In this document: positions 27,463 to 36,243 of the stretch, in pieces | Numbering within the stretch: the stretch's first letter is position 1 | How the letters are laid out: each line of letters begins with the position of its first letter | Assembly (NCBI GenBank): GCA_964605525.1 | Contig: CAZSCV010000001.1 | Span: forward strand, 172,645 to 236,644 | Direction: 5' to 3' | DNA length: 64,000 bases | Source of the DNA: an uncultured Bdellovibrionales bacterium | GTDB taxonomy: Bacteria; Patescibacteriota; Minisyncoccia; Moranbacterales; UBA9337 | Notes under the pieces: generated by a model | Told to the model about the DNA's origin: nothing | The model's database searches: none | Seen by the model: only the letters and a program-made list of their open reading frames with translations | Program-made: the position numbers and the translations under genes

Positions 27463-27552
27463 GAATAAATATGTTATTATGATTATGCTTAGATTGTAGT
27501 ATCGCTTGCAAGTTAAAAATGGTTTAATCGAAAATAAAAAACAAAAACAAAT

Positions 27553-28470
27553 ATGAATTGGATCTTGCTTTCCATTGTTGCGTATTTTTTTCTGGCAGTT
27601 TCCTATATTATTGATAAAATTCTTTTAAAAAAGAGAATCCCGCAGCCGGCGGTATATTCTTTTTATGTTGCCATACTCAGTCTTGTTTCTTTGGTTTTGG
27701 CTCCTTGGGGAATGTTTTGGCCAGGAATTGGAATATTGGCAGTTTCTTTTTTTAGCGGAATTGTGTTTATTTACGCTTTACTTTTTTATTATCGAGCGGT
27801 AAAAGAAAATGAAATTTCCCGCGTGGCTCCTTTGATTGGATCTATCATTCCGATTGTTACTTTGCTGGTCGGTTTTTTGTTCAGGCAGCAACCATCCGGT
27901 CGTATTTTAATCGGGATAATTTTTTTGGTTGCGGGCGGATTTTTGGTTTCTTTTGATTTGCCGATTCGATCGGTAAAAATTTTTAAGGGTTTTTCATATT
28001 CGCTTTTGAGCGGAATATTTTTTGCAATCGCTTATCTTTTGTTTGACTATGTGTATAAATCCGGCGGTTTTTTAAATGGGTTTATTTGGACCAGAATAGG
28101 TCTTTTTATCGGGGGTTTGAGTCTGATGACTTTTCCTTTTTTTCGAAAAGATATTATTTCTTCATTCAAGGGCGGGGAAAAAAAGAAAAATGTCCGAAAG
28201 AAAAAAATTGGAACAATTGCCATATTTATTCTTAATAAAATTTTCGGAGGGAGTTCTTCGGTACTGATCAACCTGGCTATTTCGCTTAGTAGCGCTTCTT
28301 TGGTCAATGCTCTTGGAAGCATTCAGTTTGTTTTTGTTTTGGCATTGGCGGCGCTGGCCTCGTTGAAGTACAACCATATTTTTGAGGAAAAGTTATATTT
28401 TTGGGATTGGGCGCAAAAAATCGGAGCGATTGCGATTATTGCGGTTGGATTGGTTTTTGTTTCAATTTAA
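27553..28470 (+). CDS. EamA/DMT-like polytopic membrane protein
   Basis: 10 predicted TM in two halves; no catalytic motif. Confidence 0.4.
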   Translation: MNWILLSIVAYFFLAVSYIIDKILLKKRIPQPAVYSFYVAILSLVSLVLAPWGMFWPGIGILAVSFFSGIVFIYALLFYYRAVKENEISRVAPLIGSIIPIVTLLVGFLFRQQPSGRILIGIIFLVAGGFLVSFDLPIRSVKIFKGFSYSLLSGIFFAIAYLLFDYVYKSGGFLNGFIWTRIGLFIGGLSLMTFPFFRKDIISSFKGGEKKKNVRKKKIGTIAIFILNKIFGGSSSVLINLAISLSSASLVNALGSIQFVFVLALAALASLKYNHIFEEKLYFWDWAQKIGAIAIIAVGLVFVSI

Positions 28471-28510
28471 ATTTAAATTTACGGATAATAAAGCATATAA
28501 ATTATAAACT

Positions 28511-29557
28511 ATGGAGATGGTAAAAAAAATATTCAGGTATCTTGCAGTTTTTATTTTGGTAATTTTGTATATTACTATTTTGCTTTTGGCATATTTTAAT
28601 TTTCCTGCCGGAAAGGCAGAGAAGAAATCCGAGCTGGGAATTACTTTTTCCAGCCGGTATTCGCAAGATATTGGTTTGGATTGGAAGAAAAATTATCTGG
28701 CGCTTTTGGATGATTTGGGAATTCGCAAAATTCGCATTCCGATTTATTGGGATTTGGTTGAAAAAGAAAAAGACGTGTATGATTTTTCAGATATTGATTG
28801 GCAACTTGATGAAGCGGCAAAAAGGAATGCGGAAATAATTTTAGTAGTTGGACAGAAAGTTCCCCGCTGGCCGGAATGTTTTATTCCGAAATGGATTGGA
28901 GAAAATAATGATGAATTGAGAAATAATGTTGAAATGAAAAATAGTGAAATCTTGCAATTTGTCGGCGATGTTACGCAAAGATACAAAAATCATCCGGCAG
29001 TTAAATATTGGCAGGTGGAAAACGAGCCTTTTTTGGCCTTCGGAGATTGTCCATCTCCGACAATTGATCCGAATATGCTGGATCGGGAAATAGAAATTGT
29101 CAGAAAAAATGATCCCGGAAAGCAAATCATTGTGACGGATAGCGGAGAATTGAGTTCTTGGATTGCGGCATCCAGCCGCGCGGATATTTTTGGAACAACA
29201 ATGTATCGGAATATTTACAGACAAGGCTGGGGTTATTATGTTTATCCGCTCGGTCCGAGATTTTTTTTGGCGAAGCAATGGTTGATTCGAAAATTTGCCA
29301 ATCAAGAAAATGCTGTCGTTATCGAGCTTCAGGCGGAGCCGTGGGTTTCCGGATGGACAGTCCACAAAAGTTTGGAGGAGCAATTTGGTTCTATGAATGA
29401 AAAAAAACTTCGGGAGATTGTCGGATATGCCAAAAGTAGCGGTTTTCCGCAGATATATCTCTGGGGGGCGGAATGGTGGTATTGGCTTAAAATGGAAAAA
29501 AATCATCCTGAGGTCTGGGAAGAAATGCGCAAGCTTATTTGGGAGAATAATATGTAA
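28511..29557 (+). CDS. membrane-anchored glycoside hydrolase (TIM-barrel, GH5-like NEP motif)
   Basis: N-terminal TM; IRIPIYWDLVE...; catalytic-acid-like WQVENEPF. Confidence 0.45.
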   Translation: MEMVKKIFRYLAVFILVILYITILLLAYFNFPAGKAEKKSELGITFSSRYSQDIGLDWKKNYLALLDDLGIRKIRIPIYWDLVEKEKDVYDFSDIDWQLDEAAKRNAEIILVVGQKVPRWPECFIPKWIGENNDELRNNVEMKNSEILQFVGDVTQRYKNHPAVKYWQVENEPFLAFGDCPSPTIDPNMLDREIEIVRKNDPGKQIIVTDSGELSSWIAASSRADIFGTTMYRNIYRQGWGYYVYPLGPRFFLAKQWLIRKFANQENAVVIELQAEPWVSGWTVHKSLEEQFGSMNEKKLREIVGYAKSSGFPQIYLWGAEWWYWLKMEKNHPEVWEEMRKLIWENNM

Positions 29558-29570
29558 AAGTATTAAAAAA

Positions 29571-30713
29571 ATGCCGGCAAGAAAAATAAAAAAACATCAC
29601 ATAAGCATTACTTTGGCAATATTGATCGCGATTCTTGGAATTTCGGGTGGCTTTTTCAGTGTACAAGCATATCCGAGAGTTTTTTCCACTTCGGCTTATT
29701 TGGAAAAATCTGAAAATTTGCATGAAGATGAAAGTGTGGTTGTGGATTTTTCTGATTCGATGATTGCCGGATTGGTTAATGAAAAAATTGAAATTTTGCC
29801 AAAAACTGCCGTTGATTTTTCGTGGAGCAATTCCGGGAAAAGGTTGACCATCATTCCGCATTCGATTTGGACTCCTGGAGAAAATTATAAAATAAACATA
29901 AAGGGCGGAAAAAATATAATGATGGTCGAGAATGATTTTTCTCTTATTTTTGATGTAAAAAAATATCCGAAACTTGAAAATTTTTATCCGGCTCAAAATC
30001 AAAAAGACGTTATTATTGATATCGAGGATCCAATTTTGGCGATTTTTGACAATTCTTTGGCTGATTATCAGCTTAAATTTGAAACGGATCCTTTGGAAGA
30101 AATTTCTTATACGATTGATTCTTCTGGAAAAAGGGTGAAATTGGTTTTTGGCAATGAATATAAAAAAGGACAGCAATATAAAATAAATGTATATATAAAA
30201 CACAAAAAAGAGAAGGATTTTTCACAAAAAATTTATGAAACCTCTTTTGAAACTTTGCCGCCAAAGCCTGTGCAATGGAGTAATGATTTCTCACAGCGCT
30301 TGGCGCAGGCAAAAAAATATGCCGCTGCCCAAATCAAGGAAGGAAAAATGATTGATGTCAATTTGAAAAGCCAGGTGATGACTATTTTTGAGAACGGAAA
30401 AGTTTTGGATGCATTTTTGATTTCATCGGGAAAAAAGGGGATGGATACTCCGGAAGGATCATACCAAATTCAAAACAAGCATCCCCGCCCATGGTCAAAA
30501 ACATACGGGTTATTTATGCCTTATTGGATGGCGATTGTTCCTAGCGGTAAATTCGGAATTCATGAACTTCCGGAATGGCCGGGAGGATATAAGGAGGGGG
30601 CGAATCATTTAGGAATACCGGTTTCCCATGGTTGCGTGAGATTGGGGGTCGGTTCGGCGGAGAAGGTATATAATTGGGCGGAAATCGGAACGCCTGTGAT
30701 TGTACATAATTAG
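29571..30713 (+). CDS. L,D-transpeptidase (YkuD) with N-terminal Ig-like domains
   Basis: Internal ATG 29571 (the ORF-track start overlaps the upstream gene); C-terminal GIHELPEW...SHGCVRL catalytic motif. Confidence 0.75.
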   Translation: MPARKIKKHHISITLAILIAILGISGGFFSVQAYPRVFSTSAYLEKSENLHEDESVVVDFSDSMIAGLVNEKIEILPKTAVDFSWSNSGKRLTIIPHSIWTPGENYKINIKGGKNIMMVENDFSLIFDVKKYPKLENFYPAQNQKDVIIDIEDPILAIFDNSLADYQLKFETDPLEEISYTIDSSGKRVKLVFGNEYKKGQQYKINVYIKHKKEKDFSQKIYETSFETLPPKPVQWSNDFSQRLAQAKKYAAAQIKEGKMIDVNLKSQVMTIFENGKVLDAFLISSGKKGMDTPEGSYQIQNKHPRPWSKTYGLFMPYWMAIVPSGKFGIHELPEWPGGYKEGANHLGIPVSHGCVRLGVGSAEKVYNWAEIGTPVIVHN

Positions 30714-30866
30714 CCAGATAGCTTTTTGTTTATATTTATTACAAGAAATGTTGCAGTTATTTCTTGAATTTAGCGTTGAATCGTTGTGCGGAATCGGGCT
30801 AATATGCTAAAATTAAGGTGTTTAAGATAAAAAACAAAATAAGAATAGAAAGGAAGGTGAAGAATA

Positions 30867-31067
30867 ATGAAAAATATGAAATCTATGCAAACAGGCGCTT
30901 TCTGGATATCAGTAGTAGCTTTGGTATTAGGAGCAGTTGTTTTTGCTTCCGGAATGGAACAAATTATCGGACTAGCTGGAACTCAGTGGGCGATGGTGGC
31001 GATTTTGTTTGCTGTGTATGCTGTTTATTTTGAGCATGCTTCTTGCGGAACAGATGGAAAGGAATAA
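30867..31067 (+). CDS. small membrane protein (66 aa)
   Basis: RBS gaaaggaaggtg; two TM helices. Confidence 0.35.
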   Translation: MKNMKSMQTGAFWISVVALVLGAVVFASGMEQIIGLAGTQWAMVAILFAVYAVYFEHASCGTDGKE

Positions 31068-31207
31068 TAGGTAATTTATTTTTCTTACCGGACGCGCTTC
31101 AAGTTCCCCCAAAGAAAGTGGATTTTTGCAAAAGAGAATCTGTGGAATTGTTTAAAAAACGGCTTTGGGGGTGCAGGAGCTTGTCGAGTGGAAAAAAGGA
31201 AAGCTAA

Positions 31208-31906
31208 ATGAAAAACAAAAAAAAGAAAATTGCTATTTTTGATATCGACGGAACAATCTTCCGAAAAAATTTGCATTTTGAGCTTATTAATGAATTGGTG
31301 TGGATGAAAGTTTTTCCGCGCGATGTTCGGGAGGATTTGACACGTTTGTATACCGGATGGCTGGAACACGAAGGGACATATGAAGAATATCGTTTAAAAC
31401 TGGTTGATTTGTATAACAAGCACATTGTCGGGAAAAAAAGGGAAGATGTTGCTCATGCCAGCAATATCGTGGTGCCGTTTCACAAAAATCGAACATATGT
31501 TTTTGCGGAAAATTTGATTAAGAAATTGCGAGCGGAAAATTTTTGCATTATTGCAATTTCCGGATCTCCAATTGAAATTGTGGAAGAATTTAACCGGGAA
31601 CATTTAAATTTTGACAAAGTTTTTGGAAGCATGTATGAGCTTGATGAAAACGGTTATTATACGGGCAAGATGGAATTTGAACCGACAATGGATAAGGGAC
31701 AAGTTGTGCGGCAATATGTTTTTGAAAATAATCTTACGCTGGATGGGTCATACGGGCTGGGGGATGCGGAGTCAGATGCAAGTTTTTTGGAATTGGTGGA
31801 TAATCCGATTGCTTTTAATCCGAATCATAATTTGAAAAGTATTGCCGAAAAAAAGAATTGGAAAATTGTGGTGGAAAAAAAAGATGTGATTTATGATATA
31901 CAGTGA
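31208..31906 (+). CDS. HAD-superfamily hydrolase (subfamily IB-like)
   Basis: FDIDGTI motif I near the N-terminus; GDAESD motif IV. Confidence 0.7.
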   Translation: MKNKKKKIAIFDIDGTIFRKNLHFELINELVWMKVFPRDVREDLTRLYTGWLEHEGTYEEYRLKLVDLYNKHIVGKKREDVAHASNIVVPFHKNRTYVFAENLIKKLRAENFCIIAISGSPIEIVEEFNREHLNFDKVFGSMYELDENGYYTGKMEFEPTMDKGQVVRQYVFENNLTLDGSYGLGDAESDASFLELVDNPIAFNPNHNLKSIAEKKNWKIVVEKKDVIYDIQ

Positions 31907-31950
31907 GCAATGAACAGTGAGCAATGAACAATAAGTAATGAACAGTGAAT
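31901..31950. repeat. 14-nt tandem repeat (cagtgagcaatgaa x ~3.5) overlapping the HAD stop codon
   Basis: Direct reading of the sequence. Confidence 0.6.
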
Positions 31951-32092
31951 TAATTTTAAATTTGAAAAAAATATGCCAATGAATACAAACCAAGTTATTG
32001 ATGATTTTTTAAAAAAAATCCTCTGGGTCTGGCTTCCTTTTTACGCATTGTTTCGCTTGATTAAGGAAATCGCAAATAAATACTTCAAATAA

Positions 32093-32473
32093 ATGAAATT
32101 TTTTTTTCAAAATTATTTTCCGCTTTTGTTGTGGCTGGGAATTATTTTTCTTTTTTCTTCCGTCCCTGGAGGAGTCAAGAATTCCAGTCCGGATATTTGG
32201 TTTTATGCAGAGCGAAAAGGCGCTCATGTTTTTGAATATTTTGTGCTGGCATTGCTTTTCGTGAATTTGTTGCGAAGGTATTATTCCAAGAAAAAATTGT
32301 TTTTTCTGGCAGGATTTTTTTCTCTCGCGTACGCTTTTTCTGATGAATTCCATCAAACTTTCATATTCGGACGCGAAGGAAAAATTTCCGATACCGGCAT
32401 TGATTTGATTGGAATTATTTTGGGTCTAGGCGCAGTTTGGTTTTTTTGGAAAAATAATAAAAAAGAAAGTTAA
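32093..32473 (+). CDS. VanZ-like family membrane protein
   Basis: FSDEFHQTFIFGREGKISDTGIDLIG VanZ signature; 4 TM. Confidence 0.65.
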   Translation: MKFFFQNYFPLLLWLGIIFLFSSVPGGVKNSSPDIWFYAERKGAHVFEYFVLALLFVNLLRRYYSKKKLFFLAGFFSLAYAFSDEFHQTFIFGREGKISDTGIDLIGIILGLGAVWFFWKNNKKES

Positions 32474-32504
32474 TCTTTGTCTCGATGTAGAATTTTACTT
32501 AAAA

Positions 32505-32535
32505 AAACGCCCCGATTTTTCGGAGCGTTTTTTGT
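32505..32535. terminator. bidirectional Rho-independent terminator between vanZ-like and rplT
   Basis: aacgccccg-attttt-cggagcgtt flanked by A-run and T-run. Confidence 0.6.
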
Positions 32536-32549
32536 TTCTTGAAGATGAT

Positions 32550-32897
32550 TTATTTTTTTAATCCTTCGACCAGTCTTTCGAATACGGTCGGATTTTCCAT
32601 GGCCAGCTGGGAGAGTACTTTTCTATCAAGCTCGTTTTTTTTCTTGGTTTGGATGTTGATGAATTCGCTGTATTTAAGTCCAAGCAATCTTACGGCATTG
32701 TTCAATCGGATGATCCACAATCGGCGCATAGTTCTTTTTTTGGTGCGTCTGTCTCGGTAGGCATATTTTCCGGCTTTCAGAATAGCTTCTTTGGCGGCTC
32801 TGAAATTGGTTTTTCTTCTCCAGCGGAAACCCTTGGTCATTTTTAATACATTCTTTCTTCTCTTTGAGGCGGCTACTCCTCTTTTTATTCTAGTCAT
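32550..32897 (-). CDS. rplT: 50S ribosomal protein L20
   Basis: MTRIKRGVAASKRRKNVLK...; true start is the internal ATG at 32897. Confidence 0.9.
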   Translation of the reverse strand: MTRIKRGVAASKRRKNVLKMTKGFRWRRKTNFRAAKEAILKAGKYAYRDRRTKKRTMRRLWIIRLNNAVRLLGLKYSEFINIQTKKKNELDRKVLSQLAMENPTVFERLVEGLKK

Positions 32898-32985
32898 GGT
32901 ATTTTTTGTAAAACGTGAAACGTGGAGCGCAGAACGCAAAATTATAGATACTCCCACTTTTGCGTTATTTGCTCTGCGCTACTCG

Positions 32986-33180
32986 CTAGTTGATTATTGC
33001 TTTTAATATATTCTTTTCGTCAGTTTTAAATAATCTTTGGTCGCTTCTTTTGTGCCGACGGAATTTTCCTGTTTCTTTGCTGTTTCCGTGATTTTGCTTG
33101 GTGTGGCGCTTGATCACTTTCTTGTTTTTTGTGATGCGAACTTTTTTGATGATTGATTTCTTGGTTTTCAGTTTAGGCAT
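32986..33180 (-). CDS. rpmI: 50S ribosomal protein L35
   Basis: MPKLKTKKSIIKKVRITKNKKVIKRH. Confidence 0.9.
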   Translation of the reverse strand: MPKLKTKKSIIKKVRITKNKKVIKRHTKQNHGNSKETGKFRRHKRSDQRLFKTDEKNILKAIIN

Positions 33181-33236
33181 ATGTTTGTAGAATTAAGAAT
33201 TTAAGTATCTAGTATTCTGAATTCATAATTCAAAAT

Positions 33237-33779
33237 TTATTCGGGCGCAATTAATATATTAAATCCCCCGGGAAACCTTTTTGCATCCTCTTCGATTTTG
33301 TGGGGAGTTTCGATGCTATTGGCAAAATCTTTCAAATTTCTTCTGGCTAAATCTTGGTGGGCTTTTTCTCTTCCCCTGAGTCTTATTTCTATCTTTACTT
33401 TATTTCCTTTGGAGAGAAATTTTTCCGTCTGTTTCTTTTTGAAATCCAGGTCGTGCGTGTCAGTTCGAACTCCGATACGGACTCCTTTTGTTTCAGTTTT
33501 CTTTTGGACCGACTGGGATTTGTTCTTTTTTGCTTGGGCGTACTGAAATTTTCCATAATCCATTATTTTGCATACCGGCGGGCGCGTGTTGGGGGATACC
33601 TCAACCAAGTCCATTTCTTTTGAGCGCGCGATATCCAAAGCTTCAAGACTGGACATTTCTCCCAGATACTGTCCGGCTTCATCGATAACGGAAACGCGGG
33701 GAATTCTGATGCGCTCGTTTACGCGATAGCGGGGTTTTTCATAGACTTGCTGTTTTCTTGGTTTGAATCTTCTTCGCAT
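33237..33779 (-). CDS. infC: translation initiation factor IF-3
   Basis: RVNERIRIPRVSVIDEAGQYLGEMSSLEALDIARSKEMDLVEVSPNTRPPVCKIMDYGKF. Confidence 0.85.
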   Translation of the reverse strand: MRRRFKPRKQQVYEKPRYRVNERIRIPRVSVIDEAGQYLGEMSSLEALDIARSKEMDLVEVSPNTRPPVCKIMDYGKFQYAQAKKNKSQSVQKKTETKGVRIGVRTDTHDLDFKKKQTEKFLSKGNKVKIEIRLRGREKAHQDLARRNLKDFANSIETPHKIEEDAKRFPGGFNILIAPE

Positions 33780-33877
33780 TTTTTAGCTTTTTAGAAATTA
33801 ACTTTCTTAGCTTATTAGTTTATAGAACTGAAAGCCTAAAAAGCTGCAGCCTATAATAATCCAATTGCTAATTTACG

Positions 33878-34285
33878 TGGAGCTGATGGGAATTGCACCC
33901 ATGTCCAGAGTTGATTTTAAAAAATATTCTACAAGTTTATCTTGTTTATTTCCGCCCGAAGGCGGTACGGACTTTCGGCTGGAAAACAAACAAAACACCG
34001 AGAGCCCGTCTTTGAGAATTTTGCCGAAAACAACCAAAGATAATTGTTGCCGGCTATCCTAATGGTTGGCACCAAGATCTATTTATTAGGAATCAATAGC
34101 TTGATGGCTATCGGCCTATATTAGGCAATAGCGGAAGCAAAAGCGAAATTTCTTGCGAAAGTTGCTTTTACCTTTGATATAAAGTTTGCACTTAAATATC
34201 TTCCATAAACATTTTTACGACGTGTATTATGAATGGTCGACTTGCTTATTTTTTAAAGTGCAATCTGTCGAAGCTAAGCAGCCCC
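33878..34285 (-). ncRNA. ssrA: tmRNA (ssrA)
   Basis: 5' GGGGCUGCUUAGCUUCGACAG. 3' tRNA-like end with T-arm AUGGG-UGCAAUU-CCCAU. Acceptor GGGGCUG/CAGCUCC with a G3:U wobble, discriminator A, CCA not encoded. Ala-rich tag frame GCA ACU UUC GCA AGA AAU UUC GCU UUU GCU UCC GCU AUU GCC UAA at 34165..34121. Adjacent to smpB. Confidence 0.8.
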
Positions 34286-34400
34286 GTTTTTTTGGAATTT
34301 TTAATTTCCAATTTCTAAACAATTTCCAATTTCTTAATTTTGAAATTGAATCATTGAAAATTGTTTGAAAATTTAAAATTTTAAATTAAAAATTAAAAAC

Positions 34401-34874
34401 TCAGAAATTTCTCGGGGTTTTTAAATTTCTAGCTATTCTCCTGGAGGCTTCTTTTTTTGCTATGTCCGCTCGTTTATCGAATTTCTTTTTTCCGCGAGCT
34501 AGAGCGAATTCCAGCTTGATTAGTCTTTTCCTAGTATAGACTCGAATCGGCACTAATGTCAAGCCTTCCGTGCGGACTTTTCCAATCAGCCTTTTTATTT
34601 CTGATTTTTTAACGAGTAGTTTGCGGGAGCGGCTAGGATCGTAATTTTTCAATTGTCCGGCAAAAGGGTATGGCGGTATAAAGGCATTAGTCAAGTATAA
34701 TTCAAATGCCTTGATTGTAACGAAACTTCCTTTGAGGCTGAGGTGCCCGGTTTTGATGGATTTCACTTCTTGTCCGCTCAAAACCAAACCAGCCTCATAT
34801 TTATCAATAAAAGTATAATCAAAACCCGCTTTTTTGTTGTATGCCAGTGCTTTCATTTCAGTTTTTAAATGCAA
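34401..34874 (-). CDS. smpB: SsrA-binding protein
   Basis: AYNKKAGFDYTFIDKYEAGLVLSGQEVKSIKTG... Confidence 0.9.
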   Translation of the reverse strand: MHLKTEMKALAYNKKAGFDYTFIDKYEAGLVLSGQEVKSIKTGHLSLKGSFVTIKAFELYLTNAFIPPYPFAGQLKNYDPSRSRKLLVKKSEIKRLIGKVRTEGLTLVPIRVYTRKRLIKLEFALARGKKKFDKRADIAKKEASRRIARNLKTPRNF

Positions 34875-34989
34875 AATATATTTTTTAAAATTTATGCACA
34901 GTTCATTATATCAGCTTATTGCAATATAATTAAATTATTGTATAATTAAAAAATAGCTTAGTCAACTTTCATAAATTTTACAAAAACAA

Positions 34990-35334
34990 ATGGAAATTTC
35001 AAAAGAAAAAAAAATAATAGTTATCGTTCTGGTTGTGTTAATTTGGATTATTGCCGGACTTCTCGCCTTTTCTTTTTTGAATAAAAATCGAGCTGTGACC
35101 GTTCCCGGGCAAACAGTGAATGTTTCAGAGAATGGCAATGAGGAAAAACAAAAACTTCCAAGTGTGGAAGAAATTCAAGCCGCACTTGAGGAGAAAGTTT
35201 CCATTGAAGATACAAGTTCTTTATCATCTCCCGAAGAAATCCAGGCCGCACTTGAAGAAAAAGTTCCAGAGGATGAAGCTTCCTTCTTATCTTCAGAGGA
35301 AATTCAATCCGCATTAAACGAAAAGGCAAAGTAA
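34990..35334 (+). CDS. membrane-anchored protein with three EEIQAALEEKV repeats
   Basis: N-terminal TM; tandem repeats of about 27 aa. Confidence 0.4.
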   Translation: MEISKEKKIIVIVLVVLIWIIAGLLAFSFLNKNRAVTVPGQTVNVSENGNEEKQKLPSVEEIQAALEEKVSIEDTSSLSSPEEIQAALEEKVPEDEASFLSSEEIQSALNEKAK

Positions 35335-35356
35335 TTTTATATAACTAAAATAAAAA

Positions 35357-36106
35357 ATGAAAACAACAAAAAAATCTTCCAGAAATAGTTTGATTCAAAA
35401 TATCAAATGGCTTTCTTTCTCCCTGGTTCTTGGTCTTTTACTTGGAGGAGGAATGGCAATAGTTAGCGCTTGGACAGATCCGGCAGCTGCTCCTCCGGGA
35501 GGAAACATCGGAGCACCAATCAATACAGGAAACACCGGACAATCAAAAGGTGGAAATTTGGTCCTGAACGCTTCCGGAACATGGGCTAATGGTTTGATTG
35601 TGGCAAGCGGGAATGTGGGGATTGGGACGGCAACGCCTTCTTCAAAATTACACATAAGGTCTAGCAATGCCGTAACTCCTTTGTTGGTTTATGGCGGTGG
35701 GAATTCCAGAGTTGAAATAGCGCGTTTCTATAAAGCGGATGACACGGAAGTCATGAGGATACAAAATACCGGTAGTGTCGGAATTGGAGACAACGCTCCG
35801 GATGGAACGTTAAAATTAGATGTCGAAGGTCAAGTCGGAGCCAGTGCATATTGCGACCAGAACGGGGCGAATTGTAAGGCGATAACGGCGATGGGGGGAA
35901 TTTTCGGTAGCTACACCAGAACTTGCGGTGGAAATTGTACCGCATCCTGCGAGGCGGGAGATTTGCGTACGGGATGCACTATGAATCCTACAGGAAATGC
36001 CCATAATAATAGTCTCGATTATTCTATTCCTAGCGGAACGAATAGCTGTACGTGCAGTTTATATGCATCTTCCGGAACTTGCTATGCTATCTGTCTTGAT
36101 GTGTAA
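35357..36106 (+). CDS. secreted/membrane-anchored protein, paralogue A (shared N-terminal module, Cys-rich C-terminus)
   Basis: First ~200 nt identical to 37301.. and similar to ~300 nt; GNVGIGTATPSSKLHI beta-rich motif; C-terminus with 10 Cys. Confidence 0.5.
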   Translation: MKTTKKSSRNSLIQNIKWLSFSLVLGLLLGGGMAIVSAWTDPAAAPPGGNIGAPINTGNTGQSKGGNLVLNASGTWANGLIVASGNVGIGTATPSSKLHIRSSNAVTPLLVYGGGNSRVEIARFYKADDTEVMRIQNTGSVGIGDNAPDGTLKLDVEGQVGASAYCDQNGANCKAITAMGGIFGSYTRTCGGNCTASCEAGDLRTGCTMNPTGNAHNNSLDYSIPSGTNSCTCSLYASSGTCYAICLDV

Positions 36107-36243
36107 TTTTTGTTGAGTATTTTGGGTTGCATTAATTAATTTAAGAGTTTTCGAGTGGAATATTTTGAAATATTGAAAATAAAAAACTCATTTGCAATGC
36201 CAAATTCTTAATATTATTTCTAAAAAATAAGCAAAAAACAAAA

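Noticed and set aside
28841-30203. Minus-strand ORFs 28841..29506 and 29535..30203
   Set aside because: Completely embedded antisense to well-supported glycoside hydrolase and L,D-transpeptidase genes, with biased low-complexity composition.
33880-34100. Possible RNase P RNA (GAAAGUCCG-like motif on the minus strand)
   Set aside because: Lacks other universally conserved RNase P blocks (GGGCAGG, ACAGAAUCCGGCUUA-like). The region is fully explained as tmRNA, with matching acceptor and T-arm.
33865-34368. ORF-track ORFs 33865..34062 (+) and 34186..34368 (+)
   Set aside because: Both lie inside the tmRNA gene and its leader on the opposite strand. No coding features.
34300-34400. Repeated aatttccaatttct motifs and AT-rich repeats between ssrA and smpB
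   Set aside because: Short simple repeats in the ssrA promoter region. No CRISPR-like regular spacing, and no CRISPR array was found anywhere in the window.
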